The notes below the pieces were generated by a model, which saw nothing but the letters and a program-made list of their open reading frames with translations, was not told where the DNA came from and made no database searches. The position numbers were made by a program, and so were the translations under genes. Positions 26,882 through 37,111 of a DNA stretch of 64,000 nucleotides are shown one piece after another (the stretch's first letter is position 1; the number at the start of each line of letters is the position of its first letter). This DNA is from Paraphysomonas bandaiensis (lineage: Eukaryota > Protista > Chrysophyceae), in contig CBFFRP010000295.1 in NCBI GenBank assembly GCA_965644295.1, forward strand, positions 1-64,000, in the 5' to 3' direction.

Positions 26882-28492
26882 ATGCAATCCAGATTGTTGA
26901 CTCGTAGAACTTTTATGGTACATATGCGGATTGATTTTTAAGTTTCAATACGATTGACGGTATCATGCTTAATTTCTAATATTGGAATTATTTGTCAACG
27001 CTAATATAGTATGACTTGGAGTTTTTTGTTTACGGAATTAGCTAGCGGAATGGCAATTCGCAACACCGTCAGCTACACTTTTGTAAATTTATCATAGCAC
27101 ATCTGCTGGTGTGTACGCCAGGCCTAGCAGTATAGATTTATTTCGCTACCCAAACTTAAGAATATAATGAAGTCGTAGCTTTCCTCCTCGCCTGCTTCTT
27201 CCGGTTCATTGCCATTTAGTCTTATGTCAAAGGCAAATGCGGCTTCGTTACATTCTTCAAAATATAATACTTATTTAACAAAAGCGATAAACGCTAACAA
27301 TTCAAAACTTTCACCCCACACAGTACTCTAGGACTTGTTAATTCATCACATGAGTGTCTCAGCTTTCGTATGAAACAAGTACGACAATACGACTCTCTCA
27401 CAGTTATATTGCCTATCAAAGAATCCTCTTATTAGAGTAATAAGTCGTATTTCCCTTCATATGTACATGATAAGAAAGATATTAAGTTCCGTGTTATAGC
27501 TGTAGGTGCTCATATCTCATATATATGTTACTTCTTTGTCAGTATAGTGTATGTGAAAGTGTCATAGCGATTGATTAGTGAAATGATGTGCGCTTCTTTA
27601 TCCTTACTTGGTGGATATAGTATCCTTTTTTCAATAAGGTAATATTTGATACAACCTTTCAAAATTTCAGCCAGTTGCAATGCTTACTCGGTAACATATA
27701 ATCTTTACGAGGCAGTGTGCTATATAACAGCATGTTCAGAGTAGTCCAAGTTGTATAAGATAGATTGAGGGCGTAGTATGGGGTTGAGGAGCCACTTCAT
27801 ATAGTCAACTCTGCTGCCTCTCTTTCCACCTTGCGAGTCGCACCCCATCTTTCTATGGTTGTTATCATAACACCCTGATTATGTGCGATGTAGGACACGG
27901 CCTAAGGCCACAATATTGCTCTGTTTATATCATCGACCTTCAGAGTGGGCGCTCGATGAAGTAGTCTCTAGTTATAGGCATGTAGGAATTCAGTTCACAG
28001 TGCGATACTGTCACTCATAGAGATTTGTAGTGTTTACATAGAGATCGGCTTATATATATATATATCAAGATGTTGTTTTGAAATAAGTTGAGCCAATAAT
28101 ATCACTCTATTCGACTTGTCTGTCCAATCATATCATCCTGATCTCATTTTTTGGCTAAGTATGTGAATTACGTATACCTCCACATCAACGCAATTCATAT
28201 ATCAAACCCTGTAAAGGTAGTCTGCTGTTGTCATCACTTTCCACACTTCGTCAATGTGTCCAATAGTATCACCGAACTCAACTAGTCTTGTCCAATAGTT
28301 TCTCTTCAATTTATAACTTCATCTTCTATGCTGAGCAAGTGAATTCTTATAACTTCAGTTTATGTAGACAGCATCGTACAGTCGTATGTATCTATATAGC
28401 CTATTAAGAGCTACTGAATGTATATGTACATAACTACTTATGACTCAACATTACACTCACAATCTATTAAGGACCATGTCTTCATAAGAGTC

Positions 28493-31291
28493 ATGCGAGT
28501 CACACTTGAGGATATCCAGAAGGAAGTAAACGACAAGAAACACAAACGAGATCCTTTCTTACAGAAATATCGAGAGTTTGTGTCCAGAGATATCGATATC
28601 TCAGACAATCAAGATAATAGTCACGTGGGACTGGATGATCTCACTCTGAATTTGCATTTGAGAGCGAATATCATTCATGCGCAACTCGATAATTTATGGA
28701 AAGAAACAGAAAAGGTTCATCCATATTTTAAGAGTGAGATGTATCGCTGTTACATATATATACTTAGATATCAACTCAGTTTCTGGAGAAAGAAAAACAA
28801 GAGACAGATAAAAAGAGATCAAAGAAACATACTCCTCTATGCGGTGATGAACGCCTGCAATATTGCACTGGTGATATTAATATGATTTGTAACTAGAAAA
28901 CGAGAGTAGTATTACAATCGAAGAAGTTATCAATGAAAAGAAAGATATGCTTAGTCGCTTTTCGGAAAGTGATTCCTCACATATGAACAAGTTAAATGCA
29001 CCCATGAAATGGCTGAAATCTATTCAGTCTATGAAGAAATCTACTGAGCCCACCGGACTATCAGAGAACCAAGATAGAGTAGATATGACTCAGCTCTGTA
29101 TCAGTGAATTGAGCGCTGAGCTGTGAGTGACTGATGCTCCTCTTTTACTATTTAACACTATCTAGCAATCGGAGGGTGTATAAATATTCTTCACTACATG
29201 GGGAAGCATCGTGGTCGTTTACTCCTTACCTGCGCCACATCAGGTACACTTTCGACCATTGTACCTAGTTTAGGTGTGTGTACTAATTATTCAACCCTTC
29301 TGTACTTCTATCCAGACCATTTGCGTTTTGTGAGGAAGATGAACCTGAGGAATCGTCATACAGCCCTGGATATGATATCGAAAGAGATACGTACAGAGAT
29401 ATTGGGATGGATATTGTGAGGGAGGAGTGGACAATGTCGGCTGCTCCCACGGACAATGAAGAATGCATTGTGTTAGATCCTACCATCGATGATGAGTCAG
29501 AACTGCGTATTTCTACTTCTAATAGCATCAATGACGCTAGTAAAGCCGAGCCGTGTCAGCTACAGCTTACTTCATCTATGGAATCAGGTCGCCATCCACC
29601 CCAGTCTAATACGAATACCATCACAAGTATAGACGAAAATGAAGAAAAGACAGACACCTCGAGTAAAGGTGTGGTTAACGAGGAGGATAAAAATGCAGAA
29701 AGGAAAGCCGACGAGTTGCCACTACATTTTCCTGGGCTACATGACCTCAACCTCGCTCTGCAGGAGCACGGTAGAACGATATACATCCTTCTTCTTCCGC
29801 TGATGGGGTATTGTATGTATTACAGATCGAAAACTGAAGGGGTGTAGGTCGGGATTACGTCGTCCCTCTTGTAAACAAGTATCTAATGCAGAAGATCTCT
29901 TGATACCTTTACCAGACCCGTCTCGACTGGAGGAGTGTGATTATCTTACACATCGTTTTATTCCACGTCGGACTTTCGGGGTGTATAACTGGGATATTCT
30001 ATGTATTTCAAAGAGAGATAGTATGACTCAGCATGACATAGAAGGTGATTTGCAACTACCCAAGCTAGATTCGTATACTGTGGCCCCTGGGGGACAGCCC
30101 GGATGCACTATTGAGTTCCCAAACGTAACTTTTAGTTTATAGACTATGATATAGTACTGATAGTTTATGTTATTCAGGTTTTGTCAGATTCGTTAAACTT
30201 TCTCCTGGGGCTTGAAACCCCATTTGATCTGTGGTCCAATGAACAAGGAGATGACGAGGGACGTATGAGCAGAGTGTTTGCTGGATTTCAAGATGATAAT
30301 GTCGTGGTGAATTCAGTGACGGGAGATTTCACGCTACAAGTCGAGGCGGGAGAAGAGTTTGGCAGTGCAGACAAAGAAGAATGTTATAAAGAAGATAGCT
30401 ACAGTAGCAATGAAAATAACGTTGTTGATGATGTGTGGTGTGCAGAGAATTTTGATGACATGGAAGATAGTATGAAGGCCGATATTGAAGGGTGTCACAG
30501 CGATGATGGCTATGACTTGAAGGTCTCAAATGATTCCAGTCATAAGCAGAAGACAAACTCCATTGTCAGGTATTATTGACTCTGTAGACTCATCATCGCA
30601 ATCTAGTCTATTTTATACTATTATAGCATAATATGTATCATTTTATGTTTGAGATAATATTTGTGTTGTAGTGGTGTAGTATCTGCAGGAGGCACACTTT
30701 TGGCAGCTCCTGATACATCACTGTCGTCGATAGCACCTCTGCAGGTTTGGCAGGGTGAGTTGCTTACTTTACCAGAAATGCAAAAATACCTCAAACGAAA
30801 TATGTCTCCACCTCCTTCCACTTCATATATCCGGTGGGTTAGCCTGGTAGTTAAACTTGTATAAAACGACATCTATAAGGAGTGTCCAGAAGCTATATGT
30901 CTCAGATTATGCCATGCTGTTTCAATTATTAATTGATGACTTATCATTGAAAGTCTTATGTGCTTAGGCTTGAAATGGTTCTTCCAGAGTGCGTTGTTAC
31001 GAGAGGGTATCCAGGTAAATACTTAGTCCACGAAAGTGGTGCTCAATATTTCCTATAGGGCTACCAATGAATGCGGGTCTACGGAAATATTGTCGTAGAC
31101 TAATAATTGCTCTGTGTGTGCTGGGAGACACCTACAATCGAATTCAAGAAGAATTGCTTACTCAAGATAACGAAGTGAAGGACGTATACCAGATGAAACT
31201 TTTGTATACAGACCCTCCTGTCACTACTGACGATGAAAGTAAATGTTTTCCTGAAGTCGTAGTGACCTATACCAAATTATTTTGTTCGTGA
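28493..31291 (+). CDS. Multi-exon hypothetical protein with an acidic low-complexity middle (start uncertain)
   Basis: Chain of plus-strand coding-like exons separated by short GT-AG introns; family not recognised. Confidence 0.55.
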
Positions 31292-31558
31292 CAATATCAT
31301 TTATAAGTAATTGAAATCATACACTCTCTGTATTATTTGCTATCCTTACATATTTCAAACCAGGGATAGGGAACAATATATTGCAATACTATTGTTAGAT
31401 AGCGTTCCATCAATAGTATTGATGGATTTTTTAAACCGGTCCTACAATACAATTACAATATATTGCAATATATTGTCAATGTATTGCGATATATTAGTTT
31501 GACTAATCAGTGGGTAAACACATCCGTAGATTTCATTTTTAGTATTAGTCATTAAGAT
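31180..31558. repeat. 379-bp direct repeat, copy 1 (host gene 3' end + hAT left end)
   Basis: Identical by eye to 35749-36127 (offset 4569). Confidence 0.95.
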
Positions 31559-31930
31559 AAAAAAAGAGAGAGGAGAGGGGGATTTCACCCCCTGTACAGT
31601 GTTAACCGTGACCATGCAAACTATTAACTTACACCAACCCTTGCCCCTATGGTATTACTCTTTATCACGTACAAGTGCTTCCAATATTGTACATTACATT
31701 TTTTTATACACTTTTTTACATAAAAAATGTCGTGTCACCTTTCACAATAAAAAATGCAAAAAAAATCATATTTTCACAAATTTTGTAACAGTATACACTA
31801 CATTTTTTACAACATTTTTCTTTAAAAAAAACTTTTTTCTAAAAAATAAATATCAGAAATAAATATTTTCAACAAAAATGTCAAAAAAAATGCAATCAAA
31901 ATAAAATAATACTATACATATTAACCCCAG

Positions 31931-31995
31931 CGATCAACCGACCCTATTAACCAAACGATCAACCGACCCTATTAACCAAACAATCAACCAACCCT
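31931..31995. repeat. 25-bp tandem repeats CGATCAACCGACCCTATTAACCAAA (about 2.6 copies)
   Basis: Read directly, in the subterminal non-coding region of the viral relic. Confidence 0.85.
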
Positions 31996-32134
31996 GACTT
32001 AAACACCGAACAATTACAACAGATAGACGGAACAACAGACCTGTTTAACACTATATATAGACATGCCGTATTTTACTCCCTGTTTTACATATATAAGAAT
32101 ATAAAATAATAAAAAAATATATAGTTATATTATA

Positions 32135-32566
32135 ATGTCAAAAGAATTAAAATATTTTAGTTGTTGTGAAAATGTTGATTCCGAGCGTAATGGTAAATAC
32201 TACTACAAACATAAAAAGTACATTCATAATGATCCATTTGACTGTCTAAAACATAAGTTAAATAGGCCAGCTGATGAAGTCAATGATATAATAAGCAAAC
32301 GGTTTGAAAAGGGTTTTTTAAGTAGCAATTTTTTTACTTTTAGACCAGTAAACAATACACCTGAATGTTACGATTGGCATGAAAAATTTATTATTAAATC
32401 AGGTTTAAGAGAAAACGAAGGTGATGATGTTCAGGATGAATTTTATCTTAAAAATAAGTTTTGGGATTCAGTTGTTTATATCATTGAAAATGACGGCGAT
32501 AAAGAGAAAATGGAAACGGATAAGTGGGTATATTCAATGAATATTATTGATAAACTAACGCATTAA
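32135..32566 (+). CDS. Viral hypothetical protein, paralog A (CCENVD family)
   Basis: 143-aa ORF that aligns end to end with 32969-33418. Confidence 0.8.
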   Translation: MSKELKYFSCCENVDSERNGKYYYKHKKYIHNDPFDCLKHKLNRPADEVNDIISKRFEKGFLSSNFFTFRPVNNTPECYDWHEKFIIKSGLRENEGDDVQDEFYLKNKFWDSVVYIIENDGDKEKMETDKWVYSMNIIDKLTH

Positions 32567-32644
32567 AAATACTATAATTTATTTCAATTATTACATATGT
32601 AAAAATATAAAATAATTAAAAAAAATATATAGTCATATATTATA

Positions 32645-32929
32645 ATGAGTGAGTATTTATTAAAGTTGAAAGGTGAAGTATACAGTATTAGAAAAACGCA
32701 TATGCCTAAAATTCAGGAAGAGATAAGAAATTTAGACAGAGAAATAGAAGACATGAAAATTACATTATCAGAACTTCAGAAACAAAAGAAAGAGTTACAA
32801 GTAGAGCTATTAAATGAACGGCAATTAATCATATATGAAAATAAAGACGAAGATAAAAGGACTGAATTATTAAGAAAATATGATTTTCTACACGGTGAAT
32901 ATCGCAGTGATTCTGTAGGATGGAAATAA
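32645..32929 (+). CDS. Small viral coiled-coil protein
   Basis: 94-aa heptad-rich ORF; upstream motif shared with the 32135 ORF. Confidence 0.7.
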   Translation: MSEYLLKLKGEVYSIRKTHMPKIQEEIRNLDREIEDMKITLSELQKQKKELQVELLNERQLIIYENKDEDKRTELLRKYDFLHGEYRSDSVGWK

Positions 32930-32968
32930 AATATTATAAAAAATAATTTATATGCTATTATTATTACA

Positions 32969-33418
32969 ATGCCGCACAAAGATATAAAATATTATATTTG
33001 TTGTGAAAATGTTGATGGTTGGACAAAAGGCGAATGCGTGGATGATGACGATATAATATATAAACATCGCGATTGTTCTGACTGTAAAACGCATAAATTA
33101 AGCAGAACAGTTGATGAAGTTCATGATGTAATACATAGACGTTTTAAAAAACGTTTTGATGTTGTCAGGTTACATTATCCCTATGATGGTGCATTAAAAA
33201 ATTTAAATGATTGGGTATTAGAATTTATTAATGATAATAATTTAAAAGAAAGAAAAAACGAAGTTATTACTAAAGATGGCCGTTATTTATGGGATAAACT
33301 CTTAAATGCAATTGAATACATCATAGAAAACGACGGAAATAAAAGAAAAATGAAAACAAAAAAATGGAAATATTCATTAAATGTTGTTGACAAACTAATG
33401 GATGATGATGATGATTGA
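32969..33418 (+). CDS. Viral hypothetical protein, paralog B (CCENVD family)
   Basis: 149-aa ORF; shares KY..CCENVD, DC..HKL.R..DEV.D.I..RF.K.F and YIIENDG.K.KM.T.KW.YS.N..DKL with paralog A. Confidence 0.8.
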   Translation: MPHKDIKYYICCENVDGWTKGECVDDDDIIYKHRDCSDCKTHKLSRTVDEVHDVIHRRFKKRFDVVRLHYPYDGALKNLNDWVLEFINDNNLKERKNEVITKDGRYLWDKLLNAIEYIIENDGNKRKMKTKKWKYSLNVVDKLMDDDDD

Positions 33419-33694
33419 TAAACTGATAAGGTAAATTAAGGGATAAAAATCCCTAAATTTTCGGGGAAATTATCCCTTAGATGTAAAATATATAAATATA
33501 TCATGTGATATACTTATATATGGTGAATATCGCAGTGATTCTGTAGGATGGAAATAAAATATTATAAAAAAAATGCAATTGATAAACTGATAAGGTAAAT
33601 TAAGGGATAAAAACGCGATAATTGTTCGCGAAATTATCCCTTAGATGTAAAATATATAAATATATTATGTGATATACTTATATATGGACGGCCC

Positions 33695-34384
33695 AGAATT
33701 AATGACGTTGAATACATTTGTAATTTTATGGAGCTATCAGATGATGCAATGGGTACAATTAATAAGGCTTCAAATGGTGGACCTATAAAATGGGTTGTGC
33801 AAGATTACAGAAATTATTCACATACTGGAAATATTGCCCCCAACGTTGAGCTTTCAATACCCGTACCTGCTAAATTTAACTCTTTGCGATCCTTGTTTTT
33901 CAGCATGCGTTCTAAGCACGCTGGAGAAGTCACCCATTTCCCTTTATCTTCAAATCACTTCGGCCTAGAGTCATACAGTGTTAGATTAGGTAGTAAGACC
34001 GTACCAACTAAAGCACCTAGTTGCCTTCCTGAATTTTTCGGCGAATTGATCAGAGCAATTGGAAGCGTAAGTGATTTGAATCATGAGCCCTCTATTAATT
34101 TAGTAAGTTACAATTTACAAGATCCAGCTGCAAATACTGAGGTGGGCGGCAATAGGACCAGCCTTTCAACATCCGCAAACTTTTACTTGGGTTTAGATCT
34201 AGAAAGTTACAGCAGCTCAGGCATGGAAACAGTATATCAGGGTTATAATTCTAGCACTGACGATATATTTTTTATGCCTCGTTTTAGCTCATCCGCTAGT
34301 ACTGTGACCGCACGCATAGATACATACGCTTATTTTGATCAAGTCATTTTGATTGAAAACGGTTTTGCAACATTGCAATATTAA
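33695..34384 (+). pseudogene. 5'-truncated Polinton-like virus major capsid protein (C-terminal jelly-roll half)
   Basis: INDVEYICNFMELSD..., IPVPAKFNSLRSLFF, YSVRLGSKTVP, FYLGLDLESY and DTYAYFDQVILIENG resemble PLV capsid motifs (from memory); the N-terminal half is missing. Confidence 0.72.
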
Positions 34385-34467
34385 ATTTATAAAAAACCTT
34401 TAGATTTTTAAAAAAATAAAAAATTAAAAAATTTATTATTTAAAAAATAATATATATTTGTATATTA

Positions 34468-35799
34468 ATGAGTACAAAAGAGAGTTTTGAAGAGTTTGAT
34501 TTAGAACACCTTGATAACCTGACTTATGAACAGTCCAAAGCTTACGTAACAAATTATTTTTTCCCACTTACAAACGGCGCACATGCACTTAGAACAGGAC
34601 ATAAAAAATTTAGCATTATGGAACACAAAAAAGTTAAAGAAACGTATTTTAACAGAATGGATAAACGGATAGCAAAATATTATTTCACTGAATTTAAAGG
34701 GCTTCGTAAAATGGTTTATGAATTAGGTAAAGGTATATTCCCTGATAAAAAGAAATTAAATTTAGCCGCTCAGTTTGCACATGACTATAAACCATATGAA
34801 GACTTTGATGATGAGAGTAAGGAAGGTGTACAGGCGTTTTTATCATATATTAAAGAAATATTGGCATCCAATGATCAGGCGCAATATGAATATTTATTAA
34901 AGTGGTTTGCAAACATGACAAAGGGTAATAAAAACGAATCCATTATATTTTTAAAAGGCCCTCAGGGTATAGGTAAATCAACCATATCCCTATTTATGAA
35001 TACTTACGTACTTGGCCGTGACCTGTGTTTAGAGGCTGGCGCGGACGTATTGACATCTAAATTTAATTCAGATCTAGGAGGTAAACTATTTGTATATTTT
35101 GAAGAATTAGAAAAACAAAGCAGGGCTGATTGGGACGCAATCAATACTAAATTAAAACGATATACGACGAGCGACGTCTATATAATAAATCAAAAGCATG
35201 AGTCAACATATCAGGCTGCAAATATTAATAATTATTTAATTAATGCAAATTATAGTTTAAATGAAGAATGCGGAAGAAGGTATTTTATTTGTGATGTTTG
35301 TTGTAAAAAAAGGAATGACTTAAAATATTTTGGATGGCTACGTAATCTATGCTTTAATAACGAGGTAGGACATGCTTTTTACTGTTATTTAATGGAATAC
35401 AACACAGAAAAATTTTATAGTCAAAATTTTCCTATCACAAAAAACAAGTTAGATGCATACGCCAAGAGATTAGGAAGCGTTGAAATGTTTTTAAAGGATG
35501 AATTTGTATTAAAGAGATTGGATATAAATAATATACTTGTTAAAGAAATATTTAACCATTATATCCAGTATTGTACTCAAAATAATATTAAACCAGTTAA
35601 ACATACAATTGATTTTAATAAGGTCATGAGTGAATTAAATTTTATTCACAAAAAGAATAAAGATAGGCGTAATGTGTACAATGTTACATTAGACGAATTA
35701 AATAAAGTTTCTGAATCTTTACATTGGGTTCATGAATTAGATGAATATGGACGTATACCAGATGAAACTTTTGTATACAGACCCTCCTGTCACTACTGA
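34468..35799 (+). CDS. D5-like/SF3 helicase (DUF5906-type); last 16 residues come from duplicated host DNA
   Basis: QYEYLLKWFA; Walker A LKGPQGIGKST; Walker B VYFEE; RRYFICDV; C-terminal winged-helix-like region. Confidence 0.88.
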   Translation: MSTKESFEEFDLEHLDNLTYEQSKAYVTNYFFPLTNGAHALRTGHKKFSIMEHKKVKETYFNRMDKRIAKYYFTEFKGLRKMVYELGKGIFPDKKKLNLAAQFAHDYKPYEDFDDESKEGVQAFLSYIKEILASNDQAQYEYLLKWFANMTKGNKNESIIFLKGPQGIGKSTISLFMNTYVLGRDLCLEAGADVLTSKFNSDLGGKLFVYFEELEKQSRADWDAINTKLKRYTTSDVYIINQKHESTYQAANINNYLINANYSLNEECGRRYFICDVCCKKRNDLKYFGWLRNLCFNNEVGHAFYCYLMEYNTEKFYSQNFPITKNKLDAYAKRLGSVEMFLKDEFVLKRLDINNILVKEIFNHYIQYCTQNNIKPVKHTIDFNKVMSELNFIHKKNKDRRNVYNVTLDELNKVSESLHWVHELDEYGRIPDETFVYRPSCHY

Positions 35800-36127
35800 C
35801 GATGAAAGTAAATGTTTTCCTGAAGTCGTAGTGACCTATACCAAATTATTTTGTTCGTGACAATATCATTTATAAGTAATTGAAATCATACACTCTCTGT
35901 ATTATTTGCTATCCTTACATATTTCAAACCAGGGATAGGGAACAATATATTGCAATACTATTGTTAGATAGCGTTCCATCAATAGTATTGATGGATTTTT
36001 TAAACCGGTCCTACAATACAATTACAATATATTGCAATATATTGTCAATGTATTGCGATATATTAGTTTGACTAATCAGTGGGTAAACACATCCGTAGAT
36101 TTCATTTTTAGTATTAGTCATTAAGAT
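35749..36127. repeat. 379-bp direct repeat, copy 2
   Basis: Identical by eye to 31180-31558. Confidence 0.95.
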
Positions 36128-36728
36128 CACATGACAACAAAACCAACTGCTGCTTATAGCTACTAAAAATCCACCTCGTCCTCATCCTCTGAGCCATCAT
36201 CGGTGAGGTCAACATCACCATATTCATCCACAGAATTAACTGAAATATGCTAGTATCCGGTCATAACTGTCGAATAGCTTTCTAAAACAACAGCATATTA
36301 AGTAGGATGGATACTTTTGCGCAACACTGATATAATATGTTTAGCTGTGCTGAACAGACGTTCCCATGTATTGGAAGTACATACCAAGGCCAGACAACCG
36401 TTAATGACTCGTGGATCTGTACGTTTCTTAATTTTTTGAGCTGACTGAAGATTTTTAGTCGCATAGTCAACATCAGCTTCATTATCCTTTGTAATGTTGT
36501 AATCAATTTCTCGGTTATTTATATCCATTTTGCACCCTACAGTTGAGAATCTTCTCTTATATGACTATCATAATATTGATTGCAATATATTGCAATAGTA
36601 TTGTGAGCTCTTTTAGCAGAAACACTATTGATGGAATATTTGACCAGTCCACCAATCAATATATTTTACAATATATTGCAATATATTGTACAATGTATTG
36701 CAATACAATATATTGTTCCCTATCCCTG
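35930..36728. mobile_element. Non-autonomous hAT element (799 bp) with a transposase remnant; its left end is duplicated at 31361
   Basis: TIR CAGGGATAGGGAACAATATATTG / CAATATATTGTTCCCTATCCCTG; 8-bp TSD TTTCAAAC; TSNTWERLFSTAKHII dimerisation-domain motif on the minus strand. Confidence 0.92.
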
Positions 36729-37111
36729 TTTCAAACATCTTCCTTTTATATCGTAATTAATTCTTTTATTTGTAATATAGCACTTGCAACTTCTTTAGCC
36801 ACCCAGTGGTAAACGTTGCAGTCAAAATGACAACCTTGAATAACACCACTAGCTAATCCTCGATGATATCTATGAATTTAGCTATCCTAGTAGCTAGTTT
36901 CACGTACATCACGTGATCAGGGCGTGTTACCGTCGGACCTTTGCTAACAAGTAGTCTATAGTCACAGTCACATGACTATTTCCATGAATTTGGTATATCT
37001 TGTACCTATTGTTTCTTCATAAATAGTAGCGATCTATACAATTCTAACTTGTGGCGCTATTCTATTCTTACGTTAGACACAGATATACCCAATGACCACA
37101 AAGTAAGTTCA

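Larger units (their letters stand above)
31559..35748 (+). mobile_element. Rearranged, truncated Polinton-like virus relic (4190 bp)
   Basis: AT-rich and intronless; capsid fragment, D5-like helicase and three small ORFs; sharp borders set by the flanking duplication. Confidence 0.82.

Noticed and set aside
25780-26923. Long minus-strand ORFs overlapping MDH
   Set aside because: Antisense shadows caused by the biased codon usage of a highly expressed gene.
27050-28400. Possible gene between MDH and the 28.5-kb gene
   Set aside because: Could not build a consistent spliced frame on either strand.
31559-35748. Helitron or LINE-type insertion
   Set aside because: No Rep/HUH or RT motifs and no TC..CTRR ends; the A7 run is at the 5' side of the coding strand, so it is not a poly(A) tail.
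31180-36127. 379-bp repeats as LTRs of a retroelement
   Set aside because: No TG..CA ends, PBS, PPT or RT; the repeat consists of host exon, 3' flank and half a hAT element.
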